The notes under the pieces are model-generated. The model was given only the letters and a program-made list of their open reading frames with translations, searched no databases and was not told where the DNA came from. DNA of 55,092 nt from an uncultured bacterium (GTDB lineage Bacteria; CAYJRR01): NCBI GenBank assembly GCA_964372275.1, contig CAYJRR010000009.1, positions 1-55,092 on the forward strand, read 5' to 3'. This document shows positions 33,986 through 43,142 of this stretch, one piece after another (position 1 is the first letter of the stretch; each line of letters opens with the position of its first letter). A program made the position numbers and the translations under genes.

Positions 33986-34116
33986 AAAACGCCGGATACT
34001 TCTACGCCGCGTACGGTCTGGTTTGGCTTGCCGTCGTCCTCTACGCCGGATGGCTCGCGTCTCGGATCTCCGCGCTCGAAGAGCGTCTCGCCCGCCGCGA
34101 CGACCGACGCCCGTGA
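33982..34116 (+). CDS. ccmD: CcmD-like small membrane protein
   Basis: MKNAGYFYAAYGLVWLAVVLY...RISALEERL. ATGA-coupled to ccmC. Confidence 0.8.
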   Translation: MKNAGYFYAAYGLVWLAVVLYAGWLASRISALEERLARRDDRRP

Positions 34117-34260
34117 CTGCCCCCGTCATGTCGCGGCTGGGGGGCAACCCCTCCACCGGCGATCGCCCAACGGCGATCGCTCGACCCGCGGCGAACCGGA
34201 AAAGGGGCACGGATCCGGCCGGTTGCGGGGCCACCCCCGGATGTGATCTTCGCGTCACGC

Positions 34261-34276
34261 CGGCATGCCCGCTGCA
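34261..34276 (+). promoter_or_regulatory. Possible sigma-54 promoter
   Basis: CGGCATGCCCGCTGCA (GG-N10-GC). Confidence 0.35.
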
Positions 34277-34281
34277 TCGAC

Positions 34282-34297
34282 TGTGACCCGGGTCACA
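34282..34297. promoter_or_regulatory. CRP-family operator-like palindrome
   Basis: Perfect 16-bp palindrome TGTGA-CCCGGG-TCACA. Confidence 0.5.
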
Positions 34298-34299
34298 CG

Positions 34300-35493
34300 A
34301 TGAGAGTTCCCTCCTGCGTCGTGTCGTTTCGCGCGTGGATCGCCCGGCCCTACGGGCTCCTGGCGCTGGCGATCCTCGCCGCGGGCTGCAACGACGCGGG
34401 GCTGGAAGAGCGCCCCGACACCTTCCACGAAGAGCACAGCCAGGCGAACTCGGTTCCGCCGGTCGACATCCTGTGGGTGGTCGACAACTCCGGCTCGATG
34501 GAACAGGAGCAGGAAAAGGTCGCCGACGGGTTCGCCGCCTTCATCCAGTACTTCCTGGCGCTCGAACTCGACTTCCACATGGCGATCACCACCACGGACA
34601 CCGATCCGACCGGCGCCCGTGGAGCGTTCGTCGGGGCGACGCGAATTCTCGATCCGGCCACCCCCGACCTGGTGAACACGTTCATGGCGAACGCCCAGGT
34701 CGGAATCGACGGAAGCGGCGACGAGCGCGGACTCGAAGCGGCTCGCCTGTCGTTGTCGGAACCGAACGCGAGCGGCGCGAACGCGGGGTTCCTCCGTCCG
34801 GACGCGCTGCTGGCGGTGATCATCGTGAGCGACGAAGAAGATGTCAGTGCGGATCCGGTCGACACCTACGTGAACTTCTTCCGCTCGCTGAAGGCGAACG
34901 ATCCGGCGCGGGTGAGCCTGTCCGGCATCGTCGGCGACGTCCCGAACGGCTGCGAGAACTCCGAGGCGCACGCCGATCCGGGCGTTCGCTACCACCAGGC
35001 GATCCAGGCGCTGAACGGGATCGCGGGGAGCATCTGCGCCGACGACTTCACGGCCATCCTCGACAGTCTCGGGAGCCTGATCTCCGGGATGACGGTGGCG
35101 CTCGAGCTCAAGCACGAGCCGACGGCGGAGTCGATCCGCGTCCGCGTCGACGGCGTGGAGGTTCCGAACGATCCACTGTACGGTTGGACCTGGAGCGCGT
35201 CCCAGAACGCGATCGTATTCGCGACCCCGGCCGCCCCCGAGGAGTGCGCGCGCATCGAGATCGACTACGTCGTCTCGCGCTGGCGGGAGGCGGACGAGCA
35301 GCCGGAGGTGGAGCCGGCGCCGGAGGGCTGCACCAACGGCGTTACGAACTCCGTCGGATCGCTCGACGGCGGCACGATCGAAGGATGCGCGATCGGCCGA
35401 TTCGGCGGTCGGCCACGGGCCGTGGCGGGGTCGGTCGCGGCGGTGCTGGCGGTGCTGCCCGTGGCGGCGGCGCTCCGCCGCCGTCGCCGCTGA
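34300..35493 (+). CDS. vWA-domain lipoprotein with a MYXO-CTERM-like C-terminal tail
   Basis: Lipobox LAAG-C, MIDAS DILWVVDNSGSM, VSDEED, and C-terminal GC + hydrophobic stretch + RRRRR. Start uncertain. Confidence 0.85.
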   Translation: MRVPSCVVSFRAWIARPYGLLALAILAAGCNDAGLEERPDTFHEEHSQANSVPPVDILWVVDNSGSMEQEQEKVADGFAAFIQYFLALELDFHMAITTTDTDPTGARGAFVGATRILDPATPDLVNTFMANAQVGIDGSGDERGLEAARLSLSEPNASGANAGFLRPDALLAVIIVSDEEDVSADPVDTYVNFFRSLKANDPARVSLSGIVGDVPNGCENSEAHADPGVRYHQAIQALNGIAGSICADDFTAILDSLGSLISGMTVALELKHEPTAESIRVRVDGVEVPNDPLYGWTWSASQNAIVFATPAAPEECARIEIDYVVSRWREADEQPEVEPAPEGCTNGVTNSVGSLDGGTIEGCAIGRFGGRPRAVAGSVAAVLAVLPVAAALRRRRR

Positions 35494-35782
35494 CGGAAAT
35501 CGCTGGCACGGCGCCCGAGTTCCGGCCCTCCAACGAGGCGCTTCCACGCCGCATCGATCGGCGGTTTAATAGCGTTCGGGTCGCGCAGGGGAGGGCGGAC
35601 GGCGGCGTCGCGTTGGGCCGCGGCAAGGGGGAGGATGTGCAGTTCGCTGCCCATCGCAATGGGCAGCACCATGCACGAGGCCGGTGGGGCGGAACTCTCC
35701 GCCTGCGCCGGCCTGTCGCGGAGCCAGGGAATTCGAGAGGTCCGGGGCGAGCTTGCCGGGGGGTTGATCGTCGTCACAACTC

Positions 35783-35798
35783 TGGCCTCCGGCATGCG
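35783..35798 (+). promoter_or_regulatory. Possible sigma-54 promoter
   Basis: TGGCCTCCGGCATGCG (GG-N10-GC), about 60 nt before ATG 35858. Confidence 0.35.
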
Positions 35799-35857
35799 TA
35801 GGATGGGTGGTTGGATCGCTGTCGTCAGGCGCTAGGCGCCTGGGAGGACGTCGAGTC

Positions 35858-37285
35858 ATGAACCGTCTCGTTCATCGCAGTCTCCTTTCGGCGGTCGTCG
35901 CGACGGGGGCGATCGCCCTGGCCGCGTGCGACGTGGCGAAAACCGACAAGCCGGCCGAGTCCCCGGAGCCGACGCCGGAGCCGACGGCCGTCTACTCGAA
36001 CGACACCTACGTGGCGGCGCTTCGCGCGGCGAGCCTCCGCCTGCGGGCGAGGCTTCCGTCGACTGCCGACCTCGACAACGTCCGCGCCAACGGCCGGATC
36101 GCCTACGAGCCGATCATCGACCGCTACCTCGATCCGGGGCAGAACACCTACCTGCAATCGCAGATGCAGGGCTTCTACCAGAGCCTTTTCCGGATGGCCG
36201 GCACGATCAGCGGGGACACGGTCAACTACAACGAGCCGTCGAACCTCGGCGTCTACCTGTTCCTCAACGATCGCCCCGTCCAGGAGATGATGACCGCCGA
36301 CTACTGCATCGGCGACAACCTCCAGACGACGACCTGCAGCGGCGGCACGCCCCAGGACAAGCGGGCCGGCGTCGTCACCAGTCAGGCCTTCCTGAAGACC
36401 TACGGAAAGAAGAGCAAGTTCAACTTCCGTCGAACCAGCGCGATGCACCAGATCTTCGCCTGCGGCGTCTACGAGGACTCGACCGATCCGGCGAAGTGGA
36501 TGCGAAGCAACGTCGCCGAGAATCTCTGGCCGTGCAACAAGGGTCAGAACGCCGCGTTCGAATCGGCCGGCGCCAGCTCGGCAAACGGTCCCGATGGGAT
36601 GCCCGGAACGTCCGACGACCAGCCGACCATGAACGTGCAGCCGTGCGCCGGCGACGACTACGTCGATCCGTCGATCATCCCTTGGCAACAGGACGGTGCC
36701 AGCCCTCGGCGCGTCAGCAAGAAGTACCAGGGCTTGCAGGCCGGGATCAATCGCCCCTGCCAGACCTGCCACGGATCGATTCTGCCGCGTCGACTGCTGT
36801 TCACCCCGTGGACGATGACTTCCGATCCGCCGACGGCGTCGGACGGCACCTACGACGCGACGCGCACCATCAAGCATGTCGAAGACTTTGTGCTGAACGC
36901 CAACAAGGACTACTGCGGCCTGGAGACGCCGGGGGACGCGACGGACGACATCGACCCCAACGCGGCCGACTGCGCGGTGGACGCGATGGCCGAATACAAC
37001 GGCATCCGGTTCGCGACGATGCGGGAGTTCTCGCAGTGGTTCACGGGGACCGAGCGATACGAAGAGTGCATGACGATCCGCCACTACAATTTCGCCCTCG
37101 GAAAGTCCCAGGGAACCTTCGGTTTGCAGGCCGGTGTCGGCGTCGAACCGGCAAGGCCGGCACAGGCGACGATCCTTCGCTATCGGCTGGTCTACGAGTC
37201 GAACGAGTGGAGCACCCGGGCCCTTTTGGGAGAGATCTTCAAGGGGAGCGAGTTCCTCGCCGCCCAGGAGGCCCAAGGGGACTAG
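35858..37285 (+). CDS. Cys-rich lipoprotein with one CxxCH motif; DUF1549/DUF1588/DUF1585-like
   Basis: GGAGG RBS, lipobox LAA-C, LRAASLRLRARLPS, EMMTADY, RAGVVTSQAFL...FAC, CQTCH and EECM...YNFALG. Confidence 0.8.
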   Translation: MNRLVHRSLLSAVVATGAIALAACDVAKTDKPAESPEPTPEPTAVYSNDTYVAALRAASLRLRARLPSTADLDNVRANGRIAYEPIIDRYLDPGQNTYLQSQMQGFYQSLFRMAGTISGDTVNYNEPSNLGVYLFLNDRPVQEMMTADYCIGDNLQTTTCSGGTPQDKRAGVVTSQAFLKTYGKKSKFNFRRTSAMHQIFACGVYEDSTDPAKWMRSNVAENLWPCNKGQNAAFESAGASSANGPDGMPGTSDDQPTMNVQPCAGDDYVDPSIIPWQQDGASPRRVSKKYQGLQAGINRPCQTCHGSILPRRLLFTPWTMTSDPPTASDGTYDATRTIKHVEDFVLNANKDYCGLETPGDATDDIDPNAADCAVDAMAEYNGIRFATMREFSQWFTGTERYEECMTIRHYNFALGKSQGTFGLQAGVGVEPARPAQATILRYRLVYESNEWSTRALLGEIFKGSEFLAAQEAQGD

Positions 37286-37310
37286 CTTCGATCGGGTGAT
37301 CGCCTCACGC

Positions 37311-37348
37311 GCGAAAGGCCGGGCAGATGCCCGGCCTTTCGCCATTTT
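37311..37348 (+). terminator. Hairpin, probable intrinsic terminator
   Basis: GCGAAAGGCCGGGCA-GA-TGCCCGGCCTTTCGC followed by CATTTT. Confidence 0.65.
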
Positions 37349-37542
37349 CCGGCTCGGAGGACGGTCGCGAGGAGGGTTCGTGGGAGGAGGGCGGTTCGGG
37401 GGTCCGGTCCCCCGAAAAATGGGCATCCTCCCTCTCAACCCCGACCCTCCGGAAAGTCACAGTTGAGAACAGTTGGCGCACTTTTCGGGAAAGTGAAATC
37501 GTTTTCAATATCTTCACGATTTGGCGTTAGGATGAATGTAGC

Positions 37543-37558
37543 TGGCCCTCGTATTGCT
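37543..37558 (+). promoter_or_regulatory. Sigma-54 (-24/-12) promoter
   Basis: TGGCCCTCGTATTGCT. Upstream are an IHF-like TTTCAATATCTT (37503-37514) and the dyad CACTTTTCGGGAAAGTG (37479-37495). Confidence 0.6.
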
Positions 37559-37620
37559 CTTATCTGTGACGACTCGCACGCGCGGTTCGACGCGCGAAGC
37601 GTCTCTTTGGAGGGGGCTCC

Positions 37621-38289
37621 ATGAATGCTACGAAGCTTGTGACGGGCTTCATCGCGGCGCTGGCGACGGTCACCGTGATCGGCTGCGGCCAGGAGTACAT
37701 GCCGCAAAGCGCCAATCCGGACCTCCCCGATCCGGACATGCCCGACCAGGCATTCCAGCTGGTGGGCGACCAGGCCCCCTACCGGTTCGTCAGCTACGAC
37801 TTCCTGCGGGCGATCCTAACCGACGTGCTGATGGTCCCGCCGGACGGGACCCCGAGCCCGAACAATCCGATGGTCGATCCCACCGGGTACTTCGAGGCGA
37901 ACAAGCTGCTCCTGGGTGCGCCGAACTACCAGGCCGATCCGACCCAGACGACGACGGCGGCGCCGATGTCGTCGGGCGGCTTCAAGGTGTGGGTGATCGC
38001 GGCGACCTCGGCGTGCGGCGAGTCGATGACGGCCGATCCGTCGCGCCTGTTCCCCGCGGGGATCGACAACTACGACCACATCTACAACGTCACCGTGGGT
38101 CGCGCCCCGACGGCCGAGGAGGAGCTCAACCTCGACGCCCTCGCGAACGCGGTGTGGCTTGACACCAAGCCGGCCACCACCACGCCCGCGCATACCATGG
38201 GTCAGCCGGTCTTCACCACCCAGGAGAAGAAGGCGGCGGCGCTGTGCAGCGCGGTCCTCGCCTCGCTCGAATTCCTCGGCGACACCTGA
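37621..38289 (+). CDS. Lipoprotein, probable partner of the DUF1501 protein
   Basis: GGAGG RBS, lipobox VIG-C, VGRAPTAEE and LCSAVLASLEFL (resembles DUF1595/DUF1553-type helices). Confidence 0.75.
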   Translation: MNATKLVTGFIAALATVTVIGCGQEYMPQSANPDLPDPDMPDQAFQLVGDQAPYRFVSYDFLRAILTDVLMVPPDGTPSPNNPMVDPTGYFEANKLLLGAPNYQADPTQTTTAAPMSSGGFKVWVIAATSACGESMTADPSRLFPAGIDNYDHIYNVTVGRAPTAEEELNLDALANAVWLDTKPATTTPAHTMGQPVFTTQEKKAAALCSAVLASLEFLGDT

Positions 38290-38358
38290 TTCGACGGCGA
38301 ACCTTCGAACGACTCTCGATCAAGATCCTTCGACGCTACGCGGAAAGGCAGGGAGAGC

Positions 38359-39897
38359 ATGGCGAACCACCCGTTCAAAGTCTCGCGGCGGTCGTTCATC
38401 TGGAGAACCAGCCAGCTCCTCTCCACACTGGGTCTCGCCTCGTCGGTGCAGGCCGGGTTGATGGACAGGATCAACCGCAAGGCGCTGCGGAAGTGGGGGC
38501 CCGAGGCCCTGGCGCATGCGGGTGACCACGTCGACTTCAGCGTGGAGATCCTGATCCGCGCCGGGTTCCAGGTGAACTGCATGTTCCCCTCNNNNNNNNN
38601 NNNNNNNNNNNNNNNNNNNNNNNNNNNNNNNNNNNNNNNNNNNNNNNNNNNNNNNNNNNNNNNNNNNNNNNNNNNNNNNNNNNNNNNNNNNGGGGCCGAG
38701 AAGCTCATCCCCTACGCGCACATGATCGCGGCCAGCGAGTGCGTGGTGCTGACCAACGGTCACACCGATGACTGGCGAAGCCGGGCGCCGAACACCACGA
38801 CGGCCGCGTGTCCCGCGGCGCTGCACACGCTCGTCGCGCCGCCGGCCGACGTGCGGGCGATCGAGTTCAACCAGTTCGGCGCCGGTCAGTCGCTGAACCG
38901 CACCGGCATGGTGACCGGGCTGACCTTCTCGAAGGTGGCCAACCGGAACGCGTTCCTGCAGCTGTACCAAGACCTGCCGATGTACTTCAACAAGGACGAG
39001 CTGCAGTTCATCATCGGCGACATCTACCAGGGCGCCTACGTCAACGGCCGCAAGGGAACGGTCGGTGCGTTGGACGACATCTTCAAGGTGCGCGAGGTGA
39101 CCGGCACCAACGAGGTGTTGGCGCTCTCGCTGGCGGGGCGCGGGCAGGCTCAGATCTCCAAGAAGGAGCAGCTCGCGATCTCCGGCTCGACGGGGACCAA
39201 CCCGATGGGCGATCCGAGCGACTTCGTCGCCAGTCCGCAGGACCGGGCGGTCGGTGGCTACGACGACACCATGATCGCCGACTTCGGCGGGGTTGCGGAG
39301 ATCAACCGGGAGATCGACGGAAACCGGGCGATCGGCAAGACGTTGGCGACGATCGCCAAGGCGTTCCGAGCCGGTGCCATGACGACGGCGACGATCACGC
39401 TCGACTCGGCCGATTGGCACAGCTTCGACAACCCCAATTCCCGCGACATGGCTACCAGCCACCAGGGACGGTGGAACATCTGGCTGGGGAACGCCATCTA
39501 CGGCTTCCTCAAGACGCTCGAGCGGACCGACAACCCGTACCGGCCGGGCGAGAAGATGATCCAGAGCTTCCTGCTCTCGGTGAGCACCGAGTTCACCCGG
39601 ACCCCGGTCCGGACCTCGGCGCCCGCACCGGTGAACACCAACAACGACGACGGCGGAACCCAGGCCTTCTTGTTCATGGGAAGCAAGGTGCGCGGCGGGT
39701 GCTACGGCAACATCACCGGGACCGGAAGCCTGATGGGGTTCAACTCGACCACCGGTCTGGTTTCCTCGGGGGACCGGCCGAACGAAGCGTCGATCTGGAA
39801 GGCGCACGGCGACTTGATGGGGGTGCCGGTCGCCACGTTGAACTCGCAGGTGTCGACGGGATCGACGATCCCGATCTTGCGGCGTCCCGGGGTCTAG
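38359..39897 (+). CDS. Tat-exported DUF1501-like protein, interrupted by an assembly gap
   Basis: Twin-arginine motif SRRSFI, C-terminal STEFTRTP and VRGG.YG. Both sides of the N run read in one frame. Confidence 0.75.
   Translation: MANHPFKVSRRSFIWRTSQLLSTLGLASSVQAGLMDRINRKALRKWGPEALAHAGDHVDFSVEILIRAGFQVNCMFPXXXXXXXXXXXXXXXXXXXXXXXXXXXXXXXXXXGAEKLIPYAHMIAASECVVLTNGHTDDWRSRAPNTTTAACPAALHTLVAPPADVRAIEFNQFGAGQSLNRTGMVTGLTFSKVANRNAFLQLYQDLPMYFNKDELQFIIGDIYQGAYVNGRKGTVGALDDIFKVREVTGTNEVLALSLAGRGQAQISKKEQLAISGSTGTNPMGDPSDFVASPQDRAVGGYDDTMIADFGGVAEINREIDGNRAIGKTLATIAKAFRAGAMTTATITLDSADWHSFDNPNSRDMATSHQGRWNIWLGNAIYGFLKTLERTDNPYRPGEKMIQSFLLSVSTEFTRTPVRTSAPAPVNTNNDDGGTQAFLFMGSKVRGGCYGNITGTGSLMGFNSTTGLVSSGDRPNEASIWKAHGDLMGVPVATLNSQVSTGSTIPILRRPGV
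38592..38691. other. Scaffold gap (100 N, true length unknown)
   Basis: Run of N. Confidence 1.
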
Positions 39898-39917
39898 GGG
39901 TCGGGTCGAGAGGGGTC

Positions 39918-39958
39918 ACCGGCCGTGGCGGGCAACCGCCGCGGCCGGTTGTTTTTTT
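39918..39958 (+). terminator. Rho-independent terminator
   Basis: ACCGGCCGTGGCGG-GCAA-CCGCCGCGGCCGGT followed by TGTTTTTTT. Confidence 0.9.
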
Positions 39959-39963
39959 CCGGA

Positions 39964-39991
39964 TTGACTCCCGGGGTGGGCCGAGTATCTT
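39964..39991 (+). promoter_or_regulatory. Sigma-70 promoter of rpsK-rpsD-rpoA-rplQ
   Basis: TTGACT-N16-TATCTT directly after the terminator. Confidence 0.55.
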
Positions 39992-40054
39992 TGCGGCTCT
40001 TTTGCCCGGTTCCGGCAGGTCCGGAATCGGGTTCCTCACGTCCCGGGGAGTTTC

Positions 40055-40441
40055 GTGGTAACGGCCAAAGGCGCGAAGAAGAAGGTCAAGAAGAACGTTT
40101 CGACCGGAAACGTATTCATCCGCTCGACGTTCAACAACACGATGGTGACGATCACCGACCCGGCGGGGAACACCCTGTCGTGGTCGTCGGCCGGCACGCG
40201 CGGATTCAAGGGTTCGCGCAAGTCGACCCCCTTCGCCGCGCAGCTGGCGGCAGAAGATGCCGCCAAGAAGGCGATGATGCACGGCTTGAAGAACGTTTCG
40301 GTCTTCATCGCCGGGCCGGGCGCGGGTCGCGAGGCGGCACTGCGGGCGCTGTCGCACGCGGGCCTTCGGGTGTCGATCATCAAGGACACGACGCCGATCC
40401 CCCACAACGGTTGCCGGCCGCCGAAGCGCCGCCGGGTCTGA
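40055..40441 (+). CDS. rpsK: 30S ribosomal protein S11
   Basis: [20 protein letters not shown] and [15 protein letters not shown] motifs. Confidence 0.98.
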   Translation: MVTAKGAKKKVKKNVSTGNVFIRSTFNNTMVTITDPAGNTLSWSSAGTRGFKGSRKSTPFAAQLAAEDAAKKAMMHGLKNVSVFIAGPGAGREAALRALSHAGLRVSIIKDTTPIPHNGCRPPKRRRV

Positions 40442-40456
40442 TCCCAAGGAGAATTC

Positions 40457-41083
40457 GTGGCTCGCTATTCCGGTTCCGTCTGCCGCCTGTGCCGCCGTGA
40501 GGGATTGAAGCTCTTCCTCAAGGGGGAGCGCTGCTACACCGACAAGTGCGCCATCGAGCGCAGGCCCTATCCTCCCGGGCAGCACGGCCAGGCGCGGGTC
40601 AAGCACTCCGACTACGGCGTCCAGCTTCGCGAAAAGCAGAAGGTGAAGCGGATCTACGGGGTGCTGGAGAAGCAGTTCCGGAACACCTTCGCCCTGGCGG
40701 CGAAGAAGAAGGGCGTCACCGGCGAGCTCCTGCTCCAGCTGCTCGAGCGGCGGCTGGACAACGTGATCGTTCGTCTCGGCTTCTCCTCGTCGCACGCGGA
40801 AGCGCGCCAGCTGGTGCGCCACGGACACTTCACCGTGAACGGGAAGAAGGTGAACGTCCCCTCCTACGAGGTGTACGAAGGGGACGTCGTCTCGGTTCGC
40901 GAGAAATCGCGCAAGGTGGCGCGCATCACCGAGTCGTTGGAGGCGGTCGAGCGCCGGGGGGTCCCCGGTTGGCTCAACCTCGACAAGGAGGCCTTCACCG
41001 GTACGGTGCGGGCGCTGCCCACGCGTGGCGACACCACGATGCCGATCAACGAGCACCTCATCGTCGAGCTCTACAGCAAGTAA
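40457..41083 (+). CDS. rpsD: 30S ribosomal protein S4 (Zn-binding type)
   Basis: [14 protein letters not shown]...KC, QLREKQK, LERRLDN and IVELYSK motifs. Confidence 0.98.
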   Translation: MARYSGSVCRLCRREGLKLFLKGERCYTDKCAIERRPYPPGQHGQARVKHSDYGVQLREKQKVKRIYGVLEKQFRNTFALAAKKKGVTGELLLQLLERRLDNVIVRLGFSSSHAEARQLVRHGHFTVNGKKVNVPSYEVYEGDVVSVREKSRKVARITESLEAVERRGVPGWLNLDKEAFTGTVRALPTRGDTTMPINEHLIVELYSK

Positions 41084-41158
41084 CCCCCGGCGGGCCTGCG
41101 TGCCCACCACGAACAACGAGCGGTCGGGGACACCCCCCGATCCCGGGAGAACGAACGA

Positions 41159-42196
41159 ATGGCCACCCAAGTCAACGCCCAGAACTGGCGAGACCTCATC
41201 AAGCCCTCCGCGCTCGAGGTGGAGAAGGACTCGCTCACCGACACCTACGGGAAGTTCGTCGCCAAGCCGCTGGAGCGCGGCTTCGGTCAGACGCTCGGGA
41301 ACTCGCTGCGCCGCATCCTCCTCTCCTCGATTCAAGGTGCGGCGATCACCTCGATCAAGATCGAGGGGGTGCTGCACGAGTTCTCGTCGATCCCGGGCGT
41401 GGCCGAAGACGTCACCGACATCATCCTGAACCTCAAGGAGCTCTCGTTCGTGAACCACACGAACGAGGAGAAGAAGTGCTTCGTCAAGCTCAGCGGTCCG
41501 CGCGAGGTGACCGGGGCCGACCTGGAGACCGACGGAACGTTCGAGGTCCTGAACCCCGAGCAGCACGTAGCCACCCTCGGTGAAGGGGCGACCCTCAACA
41601 TGGAGCTGACGATCAAGAACGGTCGCGGCTACGTGTCGGCCGAGCGGAACAAGGCGGAGGAGATGCCGGTCGGGACGATCCCGATCGACTCGATCTTCAC
41701 CCCCATCCGCAAGGTGAACTATTCGGTGACCAACGCCCGAGTCGGTCAGATCACCGACTACGACAAGCTGGTGCTCGAGATCTGGACCAACGGCGGCGTC
41801 CGGCCCGAGGACGCGGCGGCCTACGCGGCGAAGATCATGAAGGAACAGCTGCAGGTCTTCATCAACTTCGAGGAGGAGGTCGAGCCGCGCTACGAGCCGA
41901 CCGCCACCGTCGACAAGGAGACGCTGAACATCAACCTGCTCCGTCCGGTCGACGACCTGGAGCTGTCGGTGCGCTCGGCAAACTGCCTGCAGAACGCCAA
42001 GATCAAGTACATCGGAGACCTGGTCCAGAAGACCGAGGCGGAGATGCTGAAGACCAAGAACTTCGGCCGCAAGTCGCTGAACGAGATCAAGGAGATGCTG
42101 GCCGAGATGGGGCTTTCGCTCGGGATGAAGCTCGAAGCGTGGCCGCCGAAGGAGTTGATCGAGAAGGAGCGGCAGCAGAGCCAGCCGACCGAGTGA
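41159..42196 (+). CDS. rpoA: RNA polymerase alpha subunit
   Basis: [32 protein letters not shown] and [11 protein letters not shown] motifs. Confidence 0.98.
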   Translation: MATQVNAQNWRDLIKPSALEVEKDSLTDTYGKFVAKPLERGFGQTLGNSLRRILLSSIQGAAITSIKIEGVLHEFSSIPGVAEDVTDIILNLKELSFVNHTNEEKKCFVKLSGPREVTGADLETDGTFEVLNPEQHVATLGEGATLNMELTIKNGRGYVSAERNKAEEMPVGTIPIDSIFTPIRKVNYSVTNARVGQITDYDKLVLEIWTNGGVRPEDAAAYAAKIMKEQLQVFINFEEEVEPRYEPTATVDKETLNINLLRPVDDLELSVRSANCLQNAKIKYIGDLVQKTEAEMLKTKNFGRKSLNEIKEMLAEMGLSLGMKLEAWPPKELIEKERQQSQPTE

Positions 42197-42246
42197 CGAT
42201 CGCCGCCCCGCCGCAAACGCCGTAGAGCAAGCACCGGAAAGAAGCC

Positions 42247-42858
42247 ATGCGCCACAATACGCTCAAGAACCGCTTCGGTCGGACCACGTCGCATCGCGAG
42301 GCGATGATCCGCAACATGGTCACCAACCTGTTCCGCCACGAGCGGATGGAGACGACCATCCCCAAGGCGAAGGAGGTTCGCCGCCACGCCGAGAAGGTCA
42401 TCACCCTCGGAAAGCGGGTGACCCTCGGGCGCCTCAACGGGGCCAAGGCCGATGAGAAGGCGAAGCTGGCGGCCGAGCGGGTGCATGCCATCCGGCTGGC
42501 CGGCCAGGTGGTGCAGGACAAGGAGGTCCTGACCAAGCTGTTCGACGAGCTGGCGACGCGCTACGAGTCGCGCAACGGCGGATACACCCGGATCCTGCGG
42601 AAGGGCTCGCGGCTGGGGGACGGAACCGAGGTCGGGATCCTCGAGCTGGTCGACCGCCCGGAGAGGACGCAGACCGAGCTCGCGGGCAAGGGCAAGGCGA
42701 AGCAGAAGGCCAAGTCCGACGAGAAGCCGAAGCGGCCGCGCTCCGAACGCAAGGCGGCGGCGCCGAAGGCGCCGACGGCCGGGCCCAAGCCGAGCCAGGC
42801 GCCGAAGGGCGGCGGATTCGACGCGAGCCGCGGCCGTGGCGGCAGCCGCGGAAGCTGA
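42247..42858 (+). CDS. rplQ: 50S ribosomal protein L17 with an internal insertion and C-terminal extension
   Basis: MRH...[15 protein letters not shown] and RNGGYTRI motifs. Confidence 0.97.
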   Translation: MRHNTLKNRFGRTTSHREAMIRNMVTNLFRHERMETTIPKAKEVRRHAEKVITLGKRVTLGRLNGAKADEKAKLAAERVHAIRLAGQVVQDKEVLTKLFDELATRYESRNGGYTRILRKGSRLGDGTEVGILELVDRPERTQTELAGKGKAKQKAKSDEKPKRPRSERKAAAPKAPTAGPKPSQAPKGGGFDASRGRGGSRGS

Positions 42859-42878
42859 GAAACGGCCGATCGGCGGGC

Positions 42879-43142
42879 ATGGAGTCGGTGACGGCGCCGA
42901 TCCGGATCTACAGTCGCCGCGAGTGCGGACTGTGTGACGAGGTCAAGACGGTCGTCGACGCGGTCGCCGGTCCTCGCGGCGTCCCCGTCGAGGTCGTCGA
43001 CGTCGACGGCGACCCGGAACTGGCCGGGCGCTTCGGGCTCGAAGTCCCGGTCGTCTTCGTCGATGGCCGGAAGGCCTTCAAATATCGGGTCGACCCGGCT
43101 CGCCTGCGGGCCCTCCTCGATCGGCGCGGAGGCACCGAATGA
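42879..43142 (+). CDS. Glutaredoxin-like protein (DUF836)
   Basis: [19 protein letters not shown] and EVPVVFVDG motifs. Confidence 0.85.
   Translation: MESVTAPIRIYSRRECGLCDEVKTVVDAVAGPRGVPVEVVDVDGDPELAGRFGLEVPVVFVDGRKAFKYRVDPARLRALLDRRGGTE

Noticed and set aside
35503-35520. TGGCACGGCGC as a sigma-54 -24 element
   Set aside because: There is no GC at the -12 position.
38592-38691. Possible insertion or repeat inside the DUF1501-like gene
   Set aside because: It is an assembly gap whose content cannot be judged.
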